Source: a virus (taxonomy: Duplodnaviria; Heunggongvirae; Uroviricota; Caudoviricetes). From it: a stretch of 64,000 nt of DNA. The position numbers and the translations under genes are program-made. The notes under the pieces were generated by a model that saw only the letters and a program-made list of their open reading frames with translations, was not told the origin of the DNA and searched no databases. The stretch lies in the IMG/VR virus record IMGVR_UViG_3300013307_000015; one strand, given 5' to 3'. Shown here one piece after another: positions 47,917 to 57,098 of this stretch; the stretch's first letter is position 1; each line of letters opens with the position of its first letter.

Positions 47917-48741
47917 TTAGGCTTTCACGCCGTCGAGGCTCGTGACTTTCTCGATATGCTTGATCGTGCGACTGATGGACTCGCTCAGGCCGAGCACCCG
48001 GTAGTAGACGATCGAGTAGAACTCCAACTCCGAGGCGACTTGGAAAGCACCATCCGACAGGTCGATCAGGATAGCCGGACTTACCTTGTCGAAGTGACCT
48101 TCGTGAATGCGGTTGCTGATGCGATCGAGCATTTCGACGCATTCGTCGACCTTCTTGTTCAGATGCGAACGTTCGATCTTGTTGATCTCTTTCGACATCT
48201 CGTCAGCGGTCTTCAGGACGTTGTCCCAATCACCGTTGCGCTTGACGACGTTCTCGACGCGTACGTCGGTCTTGGTCGTGCCGTTGAAGCAGTCCTGGAT
48301 GCCCTTGATGAGCTTCTCACGCTCAGCCTGAAGCTCGGCGTAGAACTTCTTCTTGGTGGCCGTCTCAACGAGCGAGGACTTGTTGCTCATGATCATCGCG
48401 AGGAAGACTGCGAAGTCATCCAGCACCTTCACTGCCTTGCTCACATGCTGCACAGCCGGGTGCAGCGCTGCGATGTATTCGAGGTACGTCACCTTCAACC
48501 CTTCGGGCACGAATGCGCCGAGCGGCATGAGCGTCGTGTACGAGTGACCTTCGAGCGACTTCAGAAAACGCTTCTGGTCCCCTGTGATGGCTACCGCAGG
48601 TGCGGGAGTGAAGAGCCCTTTGAAGGACGAGATGCCGTCGAGGATGGGCGGGAAGACACGTTGAACCAGTCCCGTGAGGTCCGGCACCGTGTACGCTTCG
48701 AGCGCTACCAAATTGCGCACGCGTTTGAGAGTATTGTCCAT
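47917..48741 (-). CDS. Head-associated protein with ALE processing site (gp153-like)
   Basis: MDNTLKRVRNLVALE|A; divergent from uvsX. Confidence 0.65.
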   Translation of the reverse strand: MDNTLKRVRNLVALEAYTVPDLTGLVQRVFPPILDGISSFKGLFTPAPAVAITGDQKRFLKSLEGHSYTTLMPLGAFVPEGLKVTYLEYIAALHPAVQHVSKAVKVLDDFAVFLAMIMSNKSSLVETATKKKFYAELQAEREKLIKGIQDCFNGTTKTDVRVENVVKRNGDWDNVLKTADEMSKEINKIERSHLNKKVDECVEMLDRISNRIHEGHFDKVSPAILIDLSDGAFQVASELEFYSIVYYRVLGLSESISRTIKHIEKVTSLDGVKA

Positions 48742-48843
48742 ATTGGTTCCAATGAAAAATCGAGACTGATTCCTGCATAAAAATGTACGATGGGTTGCCA
48801 TTCTTTGAGGATTGCTAGATTTTCTTTTAACGGATAACGACAC

Positions 48844-50322
48844 ATGGAACTGCTTCGACCGGGGTTTTCGCTGGCCCCTTTGCATAAAGCAATGATCAAC
48901 ATCGGTGCGCTGTTCGATATTCCGACAGGCACTTTCCTCATGGGTAAGTACGGGGAGATGATCCTGAACGGGGGCATTGCCAACATTACCGGGATCGCAG
49001 GCCAAGGCAACAGTTTCAAGTCCACGCTGATGGACTTCATGATTGCCATGGCGATGTTCCGGATTCATGCCATGTCGACGGCGAGCGTCTACGACACGGA
49101 AATGAACAAGCACGAGTGGCGTCTGAAGACACTGCAACGCTTCATTATGCTGTATCTCGGGATGAAGACAGAAGACCCGGACCTGTTCGAACAGGGCCGC
49201 ATGGTCATCACCGACAAGACGATGCACACAGGTGACGAGTGGTACGATATTTTGCGTACCTACCTGATTACCAAGAAGAAAGGCGCGAAGTCGATCATGG
49301 CCAATACGCCTTTCATCGACCGCGACGGCGAGTCACTGATGCAAATGATCATCCCGACCTTCACAGGTGTCGACTCCTTCTCGCAGTTCATTACGCAAAA
49401 CGCGATGAAGCTGCAAGAAGAGAACAACATCGGCGAGTCGGGAACGAACATGCTGAACATGCAGCAAGGCCGTGCGAAGGCGCAGTTCCTGATGGAAATC
49501 CCGGCTCTGGCACAAGCAGCGTACAACTACGTCTTCTTGTCGGTACACATCGGGGAAGAGTTCAACATGGACCCGCACAACCCGAAGCAAAAGAAGCTGC
49601 AATACCTGAAGCAGGGCCAGAAGATCAAGGGTGCGCCGGAAGGCTTCATGTTCCTCACGAACAACTGCTGGATGGCGTCGAGCGCTACCATCCTCAAGGC
49701 CGACGACGGCAATGGCCCGCTTTACCCGCGCGACTCGGACGACAAGCTGAAGTCGGATACCGACCTGAACGCGGTGACGGTTGCGCTGTTGCGCGGCAAA
49801 TCGGGCATGTCGGGTCTGCCGCAGCAAGTCGTCATCTCGCAAGCCGAAGGGGTATTGCCGGCTCTGACCGAATTCCATTACCTGCGACAGGTGAAGGAAA
49901 AGGGTGGTGACAAGCGTTACGGGTTCAATGGCAATTTGCAGAACTACGAAATGGATCTGCTGCCCGGCGTCAAGCTCTCGCGCACTGCGGCACGCAGCAA
50001 GATCGACGACAATGCTCAGCTGCGTCGAGCGCTGAACATCACGGCAGAACTGTGTCAGATGCAGCAACTCTGGCACGAGGACTCCGGGAACTACCAGATG
50101 TTGCCGTCGGATCTGTACGCTACCTTGACGCAAAAGGGTTACGACTGGAATGTGCTGCTCAACACGCGCGGCTGGTGGGCACTCGATAACGACGACCCCA
50201 AGCACGCGCTTCCGTTCCTCTCGTCGATGGATCTGCTGCGCATGGCCAAGGACGAATACGTTCCGTACTGGATGACGGCAGACAAGAAGGTCAAGCCCGA
50301 ATACCAGAAGGCGGCCGCATGA
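48844..50322 (+). CDS. uvsX: UvsX/RecA-like recombinase (gp152-like)
   Basis: DIPTG...G..GE.ILNGG, Walker A GQGNSFKST, YDTE, Walker B VDSF, RGKSG.SG. Confidence 0.88.
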   Translation: MELLRPGFSLAPLHKAMINIGALFDIPTGTFLMGKYGEMILNGGIANITGIAGQGNSFKSTLMDFMIAMAMFRIHAMSTASVYDTEMNKHEWRLKTLQRFIMLYLGMKTEDPDLFEQGRMVITDKTMHTGDEWYDILRTYLITKKKGAKSIMANTPFIDRDGESLMQMIIPTFTGVDSFSQFITQNAMKLQEENNIGESGTNMLNMQQGRAKAQFLMEIPALAQAAYNYVFLSVHIGEEFNMDPHNPKQKKLQYLKQGQKIKGAPEGFMFLTNNCWMASSATILKADDGNGPLYPRDSDDKLKSDTDLNAVTVALLRGKSGMSGLPQQVVISQAEGVLPALTEFHYLRQVKEKGGDKRYGFNGNLQNYEMDLLPGVKLSRTAARSKIDDNAQLRRALNITAELCQMQQLWHEDSGNYQMLPSDLYATLTQKGYDWNVLLNTRGWWALDNDDPKHALPFLSSMDLLRMAKDEYVPYWMTADKKVKPEYQKAAA

Positions 50323-50477
50323 AACGGCTGCTGATGGCTCTGTCGGCTTACGCCTTGGGTCACGAAGCGTACACGTATCACGTGGATGGCGAGCAGCTGC
50401 TCTTCACAGTCTTCTTTGTGGGGACAGTTGCTGCCATTTACCAGACATTCGCCAAATACCCCTTGCAGCGCGCATAA
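50319..50477 (+). CDS. Small membrane protein (52 aa, not in ORF track)
   Basis: ATGA overlap with uvsX stop; MKRLLMALSAYALG...LLFTVFFVGTVAAIYQ. Confidence 0.5.
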   Translation: MKRLLMALSAYALGHEAYTYHVDGEQLLFTVFFVGTVAAIYQTFAKYPLQRA

Positions 50478-50513
50478 CTCGTATGGGGATTATCCCGCAC
50501 ATTTGAGGAAACC

Positions 50514-50903
50514 ATGGAAGCTCCAACCGCAAAACCCGAAGCTCCGACCAAGGAGCCGCTGCTTCACGAAGCAGCCACCAAGGCGTTGAAAGACGCTGGC
50601 CACAACAACCCCGAGTTCTGGAAAAGCTACCTGCATCCGCACGGCGAAGATCCGCAGGTGGCATTCGACATCCAGCGCTTCCTGATCAACCGTTCGTTCG
50701 AGATGACGATCGGCGGCGTCAACCCGAAGACGTTCTTCGAGAACCAGAAGACGGCCGAGGACTACGCTCGCGACCAGCTGGACGCGCGCTACTGTCTGCT
50801 GCCGACGGGTGACTTCAAAACGTGGATGCACTCCTTCAAGCAGAAGGTGGTGCCGTTCATCATGAAGTACAACCTCGGCGTGTTGCAAAGCGCCGTAGCG
50901 TAA
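50514..50903 (+). CDS. Hypothetical protein
   Basis: SD GAGGA; strong codon bias. Confidence 0.7.
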   Translation: MEAPTAKPEAPTKEPLLHEAATKALKDAGHNNPEFWKSYLHPHGEDPQVAFDIQRFLINRSFEMTIGGVNPKTFFENQKTAEDYARDQLDARYCLLPTGDFKTWMHSFKQKVVPFIMKYNLGVLQSAVA

Positions 50904-50912
50904 GCTGCCGGG

Positions 50913-50961
50913 AAGGCGTGGGATAATTATGCAGAGGTTTGTGCAAGATTACCCACGCTTT
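50913..50961 (+). terminator. Long imperfect hairpin (terminator or regulatory) upstream of vRNAP subunit gene
   Basis: AAGGCGTGGG.TAAT..TGCA / TGCA..ATTA CCCACGCTTT. Confidence 0.5.
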
Positions 50962-50978
50962 CATGCGGGAGAACAGTC

Positions 50979-51644
50979 ATGTCAGGAAATCGCAAAGCAG
51001 CTACCGCCGAGCTGCTCGCGGGGTTGGAAGCCTTGCTTCCGGGAAGTGAAAACACCGCGCTCTGGAAGGCGAAGTTGGAGTCGATGAGTGATAAGCAGTT
51101 CGAGGAGTTTGCGAAAGGACTCGAACAGGAAACCACGCGCATCTCGGTCATTGTACCGAACTTCTCCAAACACCAAATCGATGTCGAGCGCAATCTCGAC
51201 CTCGCAGAAAAGTGGGGTCACGAATTCTTCGAGCGGCTGTGGATGCCGAAGGATGATGGTTCGTACTACCTCACGCCAATCAAATATCTGGTGTATGACT
51301 TACCGCTTCGCCGGCAAGCTCAGCACTTGATCAAGAAAATCTCCATTCCGGAAGACAACAAATCTGTCGATGATCTGACGGGTCAACCCACGGGTAAGTC
51401 GAAGGGCAGCAAGCTCTCCTACCCGGAGTTGCAAGTCATGGCGGCACTCGGCCTCGATCACTCGATCGTCGAGATGATGAAGTATCGTGGTGGCGACACC
51501 AAGGGCTATAACGCCATGAATACCGTCATCGCCAAGACGGGTACGGTCAGTCAGAAAGAAATCGAGCCGTACGCCGGTGGAGTCGAATCAACCAAAACCT
51601 TGAGCACGCTTTTCACCGCGATGCATCTGGGCAACACACTGTAA
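50979..51644 (+). CDS. Virion RNA polymerase beta-like subunit, C-terminal part (phiKZ gp149-like)
   Basis: LP.RRQ.Q.L.KK.S.P, D.LTGQPTG.SKGSK.S.PE, KYRGGD correspond to RpoB C-terminal conserved region. Confidence 0.88.
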   Translation: MSGNRKAATAELLAGLEALLPGSENTALWKAKLESMSDKQFEEFAKGLEQETTRISVIVPNFSKHQIDVERNLDLAEKWGHEFFERLWMPKDDGSYYLTPIKYLVYDLPLRRQAQHLIKKISIPEDNKSVDDLTGQPTGKSKGSKLSYPELQVMAALGLDHSIVEMMKYRGGDTKGYNAMNTVIAKTGTVSQKEIEPYAGGVESTKTLSTLFTAMHLGNTL

Positions 51645-51653
51645 GGGAAAGTC

Positions 51654-52283
51654 ATGGGACTGAGTGCCAAAGAGATGGATGACATCGGTGAACTGGTGAA
51701 TATGGCGTTTCTGTCTGCCTTCTCCAATTCGCCGAGCACGCACCACGCTAAGCTGCTGAGCTTCGCGTTTGGCTTGATTCGGAAGGAAGTGCCGTATCAT
51801 CTCTTTTCGGGTCAACTCGAAGGCACCAAGCGCCTGACTAGCCTGATGTACGATGATCCGGACATTCGGGACTTTGTCCTGAAGATCACGATGCACGTCT
51901 TCTCGAAGATGGGGGATGTGAAGAACCGCTATCCGGCGCTGGTGGAGAACCTGACGGAGGCGATCGGCTATATCGACATTCCGGAAGCAAAGGACCGGAA
52001 AGAGACAGCAACGCAGCCGATTGCGTTGATGCCGGAAGAATTGTTGGGGCGACTGCCATTGGCAAGCGATGTCTCGGACGTCTTGCTGTGGAATCGCTGG
52101 GCAACCACCATGGTACTCATGATGCTGTATCTCATGACGCCAGAAGATCTCGGAACCCTTCTGGAAGAGAAGAAACGCCGGGATGCAATCGAGGCAGCAG
52201 AGCAAGCGCGTATGCTTGCAAGACAACAACGTGCTCAGGCCGGACAGGAAAGAAAGTCGGCTGAAGGCACGGCAAGTGCTTAA
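51654..52283 (+). CDS. Hypothetical protein
   Basis: 209-aa ORF coupled to vRNAP gene. Confidence 0.65.
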   Translation: MGLSAKEMDDIGELVNMAFLSAFSNSPSTHHAKLLSFAFGLIRKEVPYHLFSGQLEGTKRLTSLMYDDPDIRDFVLKITMHVFSKMGDVKNRYPALVENLTEAIGYIDIPEAKDRKETATQPIALMPEELLGRLPLASDVSDVLLWNRWATTMVLMMLYLMTPEDLGTLLEEKKRRDAIEAAEQARMLARQQRAQAGQERKSAEGTASA

Positions 52284-52453
52284 TCTGATCTATTACGCAT
52301 AATCAATCTCTTTCTGGAAAGTATAAAATTAACCAGAGGGGTACTTGTTATGCAGTAAGGGAGACAGATAATAATGACGTGAAAACACGTGAGTTCGCTC
52401 AAGAAGTAACACGAAACGTTTGAGCGTGATTAACTTTTGTATTTGCCGGGGGT

Positions 52454-53245
52454 ATGGGCAAAATGGCTCATGCTAGTAAGGTCGAAGGTATTCTAGTAGG
52501 GTTGGACGAGCTACTGGATACGCGACTGGGGACCATCGGCCTCCTGTCACCGGAGGCTGCAAGAAAGTTGCTGTCATCGGATGCTTACCACACCCGTGAG
52601 ACAGACGAGTTCGAAGGCGTCAATGCGATTGAGTACAAGATCGCTTACGCTGAACGGGCCGTACGTAATCTGAGAAACTCGGTCATGACTCCGGTGGTTT
52701 TCCACCTGCGTCAGGTCGTCAAGCAGTTACTTTGGCAGGCAGTCTCTGGTCCGGACCACGACGCAGTGCGACTGACTGTCAATGTTTATCCCTACTCGGA
52801 CTTTTCGGACGAGGAAAAGAACGAACTCAGTAGGGTCTTGAAGTATCACATGAACGGTGGCGTTGACATAAAGGCCCACGAGCAGCCTCTCCTGTCCGTC
52901 GATTTCATCGACGTTGCACCTGAGAAACTGACTCCTAGCCACTGTAAGGCGTCCTATGGTGCCATGTACATGTACAACCCATGGGCATGGCTCAATTCAC
53001 ATACGGAAGCTCTCAAGACTGGTCCTCGTTTGCCGGAAGTTATCATTTACGCTCCAAGACTATACCACGACGGTAAGCCGGACGCGAAAGAACTTGCTCG
53101 GTTTGAAATGGACTTTGATGGGAAAGCTCCCGATCCGCTCACGTTTGACGAAATGAGAGTGTCCCCTATTGCTGGGGTGACATTGTTAGACGTGTCGTAT
53201 TTCAGCAGCTCTGTGCGCCTTCAGCGTAATCAGGCACCGACATAA
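52454..53245 (+). CDS. Conserved jumbo-phage protein (gp147-like)
   Basis: LDELLDTRLGTI, VNVYPY motifs; start may be 52463. Confidence 0.7.
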   Translation: MGKMAHASKVEGILVGLDELLDTRLGTIGLLSPEAARKLLSSDAYHTRETDEFEGVNAIEYKIAYAERAVRNLRNSVMTPVVFHLRQVVKQLLWQAVSGPDHDAVRLTVNVYPYSDFSDEEKNELSRVLKYHMNGGVDIKAHEQPLLSVDFIDVAPEKLTPSHCKASYGAMYMYNPWAWLNSHTEALKTGPRLPEVIIYAPRLYHDGKPDAKELARFEMDFDGKAPDPLTFDEMRVSPIAGVTLLDVSYFSSSVRLQRNQAPT

Positions 53246-53258
53246 GCCAGAAGTCTGA

Positions 53259-53307
53259 CCTCCACACCCGCTCCCGCCTGTTCATAGGTTGGGGAGGGGT
53301 GTGGAGG
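53259..53307. terminator. Long GC-rich hairpin between convergent genes
   Basis: CCTCCACACCC.CTCCC...GGGGAGGGGTGTGGAGG. Confidence 0.65.
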
Positions 53308-53343
53308 CGGCTGCTGCGAACGTCCGTTCACATAGCCTAATGA

Positions 53344-53823
53344 TTACGAAGTCTTGGAATCTCCGCCCTGAAGATACTTAGACATGAAGGTCGCATAGTC
53401 CTGCTGAGGCAACGTGGTTGCCGTCTCGCCCTCCAGAAGCTCGGGGGCGGGAAAATCTGCCCCAAGTTTCGGTGCTTCGCGAGGCGCTGCCTCGATATCC
53501 GATCGACTCATTTTATTGGGCATCGCAGTTAAAAGTTTTGCGATAAGACTGTGCGTCGCGCCTTGTGCGTCGGCGGCCTTGGTTTCGATCGCCAGACGTT
53601 GTCGGCCGATGGCCGAGGAATCCATGTCTTTGAGTGCTGCCAGCATCACCACGCGGTCTTTGGGATCTTGTGGCATCTTGCCCTCGGGCGTCAACATCTC
53701 TTTGACGAGTTGGACGCGCTTATGATGGACGAATGCTTGGATGCTGGTGTCGGAAGGAAGTGGAGGAATCACTTCGGGCTCGTCATTAACGACCTCGAAG
53801 TTTCCTTGAGTTACGTTGGTCAT
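53344..53823 (-). CDS. Conserved hypothetical protein
   Basis: ATG 53823 with SD GAGG; L.ALKDMD..A..R motif. Confidence 0.65.
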   Translation of the reverse strand: MTNVTQGNFEVVNDEPEVIPPLPSDTSIQAFVHHKRVQLVKEMLTPEGKMPQDPKDRVVMLAALKDMDSSAIGRQRLAIETKAADAQGATHSLIAKLLTAMPNKMSRSDIEAAPREAPKLGADFPAPELLEGETATTLPQQDYATFMSKYLQGGDSKTS

Positions 53824-53841
53824 GATCGATGCCTCAAAGAA

Positions 53842-53861
53842 AAAATAGTCACATATCATCT
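53842..53861 (+). promoter_or_regulatory. Putative phage RNAP promoter motif
   Basis: AAAATAGTCACATATCATCT, near-identical to motif at 3253. Confidence 0.5.
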
Positions 53862-53910
53862 TTTTGAGCAGTAAATCCTTTGCTCTATATCAAGAAGGGG
53901 TACCACAGAA

Positions 53911-54444
53911 ATGATTGGTTTTGTGTCAGGTGTGGTCAGCCGCATCCAGCGCAGACTCAAGCAAGAGCACAAGAAACGCATCTCCCTTGTGCTTGAACAA
54001 GGCATACCGCTTGATCGGACGTGGAAAGTTTGTGAGGAGTTGCTCTTGCAAATGGACCCGAAGAAATACGCTGCGATTCCGGTATCCGCCTCGCAAGCAA
54101 CGCTGGTACGCACGCCATACCAGTCGCTGGAAACGTACATCAAAACACTCAAGTCGGTGATCTTCGACTTCAAGGAGGAAAACAAGATCGATCGGGGGTG
54201 GAGTTCGTTCGAGACTCAAACCCTGACAGTGTCGGACTTTCTGAAAACGGAAGACGGCTACTACATGACACCTGCATCATTGGTCGAGTTCTTGACCGAG
54301 GTAAAGGAATTACTCGAACTCATCAGTCAAGCCGAGCACGAGGAACTCGGAGTAACTGCGCACAACGTTCGGGTACTGGTCCCGTTCTTTGTCCGACTGC
54401 GTGACACACTGTTCGATCTTTACGATCTCCAGTTCGCTCTTTAA
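53911..54444 (+). CDS. Hypothetical protein
   Basis: 177-aa ORF after promoter-like motif. Confidence 0.65.
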   Translation: MIGFVSGVVSRIQRRLKQEHKKRISLVLEQGIPLDRTWKVCEELLLQMDPKKYAAIPVSASQATLVRTPYQSLETYIKTLKSVIFDFKEENKIDRGWSSFETQTLTVSDFLKTEDGYYMTPASLVEFLTEVKELLELISQAEHEELGVTAHNVRVLVPFFVRLRDTLFDLYDLQFAL

Positions 54445-54528
54445 CTACCGTGTCACTCTAATCGCAACATCTTAATTGCAGCACGCAACTACCATCCTTT
54501 GGCGGTGGCAGGCCAAGAAGGAATAACC

Positions 54529-54993
54529 ATGGCTCGTAATGACCTCTTTAAACTTCTGAACAGCGTCGACAAGGGCGTTGGTCGCACATACGGTGCCAAT
54601 GGCACTTTATCGCGACTTTTTCGACAAATCTTACGAGACCGTAAAGTCGGTCCGGAAAAGTTTGGGGCCCTGATGCATGATTACTTGGACGACCCTCGTA
54701 ATCGGGTTTCCAACAACCGCAAGGACAGAACCAGTGCCCGAGGCAATCTCGGCATGGCTTTGGCTCAGCCCAAGATGACGTGGAAGGTCTTCTGCAAGGG
54801 ATTGCGGTTTTTGAAGGTGGTGAAGATTGACATTGCCATTCGTGCGTATTACGCCAATGGTCAAGAAGAGATCCACCAAACCTCCATGGTCCTCGCAGAA
54901 CAAACGCCCGCTGAAAAGGCGGAAGCAGGCACCACGATTCAACCTCATACTGACGGCAAAGCAAATGAGGACACTGGAAATGACGAACAGTAG
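54529..54993 (+). CDS. Conserved basic protein (possible nucleic-acid binding)
   Basis: SD AAGGA; L..LFR.IL, RGNL...L....MTWK.F.KGL.FL. Confidence 0.7.
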   Translation: MARNDLFKLLNSVDKGVGRTYGANGTLSRLFRQILRDRKVGPEKFGALMHDYLDDPRNRVSNNRKDRTSARGNLGMALAQPKMTWKVFCKGLRFLKVVKIDIAIRAYYANGQEEIHQTSMVLAEQTPAEKAEAGTTIQPHTDGKANEDTGNDEQ

Positions 54994-55534
54994 ACCCCGT
55001 GATGTAAGTGTTGCAGGGCGCTACAGCAAGGCTACCGACGGGATCGATCACATCAACATCAGTCCCCAAGGGAAAACCGAACTTGGTGTGCTCCTCGCGC
55101 ACTATACGGAATCGCACTTCGTGCACGAGTATCTGGGACCTTTCGATAGCATGGAAGGTTACTGGTACTACGTGAAGAGCGCGGTTCCGGATGATAAGCT
55201 GCGTTCACTCTCGGGCAAGCAAGCTTATCTGTACGGCAAAGAGCTGCCGTCGATTCGACGACAGTTTTTCCGTGAGATCATCAAGGATGGCAACTACTTC
55301 AAGATCAGTCAGAACGATCGACTGCGGGAGTTGTTGATGGAATCCGAGTTGCCGCTCACGCAGTACTACAACTACGGTGCGCACGGGATTGCTATCAATC
55401 CGAAAACGATGCCGTGGCTGGTGCCCGATTTCGAGCAACTTCGCGAGGCGTTCCGTTACGACGTCGAGCACAAGATCGTTTCGTACGAAGATTTCCAAAA
55501 GATCATCGTGCCGAAGCGTGTGGCGAAGAAATAA
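54980..55534 (+). CDS. Conserved protein with NADAR/T4 gp30.3-like motif
   Basis: DG.DHINI...G.TELG..L..Y, GPF.S.EGYWYY.K, LP..Y. Confidence 0.6.
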   Translation: MTNSRPRDVSVAGRYSKATDGIDHINISPQGKTELGVLLAHYTESHFVHEYLGPFDSMEGYWYYVKSAVPDDKLRSLSGKQAYLYGKELPSIRRQFFREIIKDGNYFKISQNDRLRELLMESELPLTQYYNYGAHGIAINPKTMPWLVPDFEQLREAFRYDVEHKIVSYEDFQKIIVPKRVAKK

Positions 55535-55540
55535 CCACCT

Positions 55541-55572
55541 GAGGGGACTTCGGTCCCCTCCCTTCTTTTTTT
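55541..55572 (+). terminator. Rho-independent terminator
   Basis: GAGGGGAC-TTCG-GTCCCCTC then CCTTCTTTTTTT. Confidence 0.85.
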
Positions 55573-55582
55573 GTCTTCGATC

Positions 55583-57058
55583 ATGGCGACTACACCACAA
55601 TTCACCATGCCGGGTGCGCCTCCATTGGCTAAACCCAGCTTCTTCACTGGTCCGAACGACGATCTGGCTGTTGCTAATGCATACGCCCAGCAGGGTGGTG
55701 TGATCAACGCGATCAAAGACCAGCTGAGCAACTTGGGGATTTCGATTCCTGATGTGCTCAAAGGCGGTCGTGCACTGGCTTCGCTGTTGCCGATCGTCAC
55801 GGGTATCAAAAATGGTGGCCTGTCGACCAATCCGGTTGGATTGATTACGCGTCTGTTGGCTTCATCGTCACAGATCACGGCTGCTTTCAAGTTCTTGGGT
55901 GCAGACGTACAGGCGGACATGATTGCCGGTATGAAGGCACTCGGTCCGGTTGCGGTCACCATCGGGAACTTGACGCAACAGGTTAAGGTTACGAATTTCG
56001 ACAATCTGAATTCGGTTGGTAACCTCATCAATTCGTTCACCAATGGTGCAGCGAACATGGGGATTATCGACAAGGATTCGATTGCGTCGATTGTCGGGGG
56101 TATCGTCAAGCAAGCCGGCGGTTACGGCATTAGCGGCGTGTATGGTGCCGTGATGACGGGTATCAACGACGTCGAGATCATCTCGAAGGCTGCGAACCTC
56201 TCGTTGCCCTCGGTGATTGCCAATGGCGATGTGGCTTCGCTTAAGCAGATCGCTCAGTCGCTCTCTCCTGGCGCTGTTGCGCTTTTGCATCCCACTGCGC
56301 TGAGTCAGTTCACCCAAGCGTTCGATCGCTTGACCAACGCAGGTGGTGTCGGGCTGAATGCGCCTGTATTCGACTCAAAGACTTTTTCCAACGTCATGGA
56401 TGCGTTCAACACATCGAACCCGTCCTGGAACGTTTGCACGCGTCAGGGAGCCACGTACGGCGATATCACCACTCTCACGCGTGCATCGAGTGACTTCACC
56501 GACATGATTTCAAACGGCATCAAGCGATTGGATTCAGGTGACGCTCAGCAGGACTACGCGTTGGCCTCGTTGTATGGTCCGCAAGACGTGGGCTCTTCAC
56601 TCAGTTCGCAGTTTCCGAACGTGGTGCAGACGCAGAACAGCAACTCGCCGAAGGTGACCGGTACGGGTGATCCGCAGTCGACCAGCATTATCGACAAACT
56701 GGCCAGCTTCATGCCGGGTCTGTCGTTTGTCAAGGGTGGTGCTGAAGCCCAAGCCCGGATCGATTCGACCAACAAGTACTACTCCGCCATGCGGGAAATC
56801 AACAACGGTACGTACGATCCGACGAAGTACGGTTTGCCAGCACCGGTGCAAACCACGACGCTTTCACCGACGAGCACGTCCACAACGACGAGTACCTCAA
56901 CCACTGTGACCAATGCATTCGGTCAACAGGTGCAGCGTGGCACGCATGTGCTGCTGGGGTATAACGCAGCTGGTGTAGCGATCTACGCGGATGATCCGAG
57001 TGCGGGCAGTGAACCGCTCTTTCCTTCGGATGCTTACGCGCAGACCACCATCGCCTAA
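55583..57058 (+). CDS. Probable virion structural protein with Thr/Ser-rich C-terminus
   Basis: F.TGP.D.L....Y start motif, Gly/Ser/Ala-rich; next to baseplate genes. Confidence 0.65.
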   Translation: MATTPQFTMPGAPPLAKPSFFTGPNDDLAVANAYAQQGGVINAIKDQLSNLGISIPDVLKGGRALASLLPIVTGIKNGGLSTNPVGLITRLLASSSQITAAFKFLGADVQADMIAGMKALGPVAVTIGNLTQQVKVTNFDNLNSVGNLINSFTNGAANMGIIDKDSIASIVGGIVKQAGGYGISGVYGAVMTGINDVEIISKAANLSLPSVIANGDVASLKQIAQSLSPGAVALLHPTALSQFTQAFDRLTNAGGVGLNAPVFDSKTFSNVMDAFNTSNPSWNVCTRQGATYGDITTLTRASSDFTDMISNGIKRLDSGDAQQDYALASLYGPQDVGSSLSSQFPNVVQTQNSNSPKVTGTGDPQSTSIIDKLASFMPGLSFVKGGAEAQARIDSTNKYYSAMREINNGTYDPTKYGLPAPVQTTTLSPTSTSTTTSTSTTVTNAFGQQVQRGTHVLLGYNAAGVAIYADDPSAGSEPLFPSDAYAQTTIA

Positions 57059-57059
57059 G

Positions 57060-57097
57060 GGCATAAACGGGGAGGCGTAATGCCTCCCCAATATGCC
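57060..57097. terminator. Bidirectional GGCATA-hairpin-TATGCC element
   Basis: GGCATAAAC-GGGGAGGC-GTAAT-GCCTCCCC-AATATGCC. Confidence 0.8.
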
Positions 57098-57098
57098 G

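Noticed and set aside
48742-49227. Extended start for the minus-strand ORF ending at 47917
   Set aside because: Overlaps uvsX antisense; likely true start at 48741
21559-57097. GGGGAGGC...GCCTCCCC copies as CRISPR repeats or mobile-element ends
   Set aside because: Dispersed single copies at gene ends, with no spacers, cas genes or transposase
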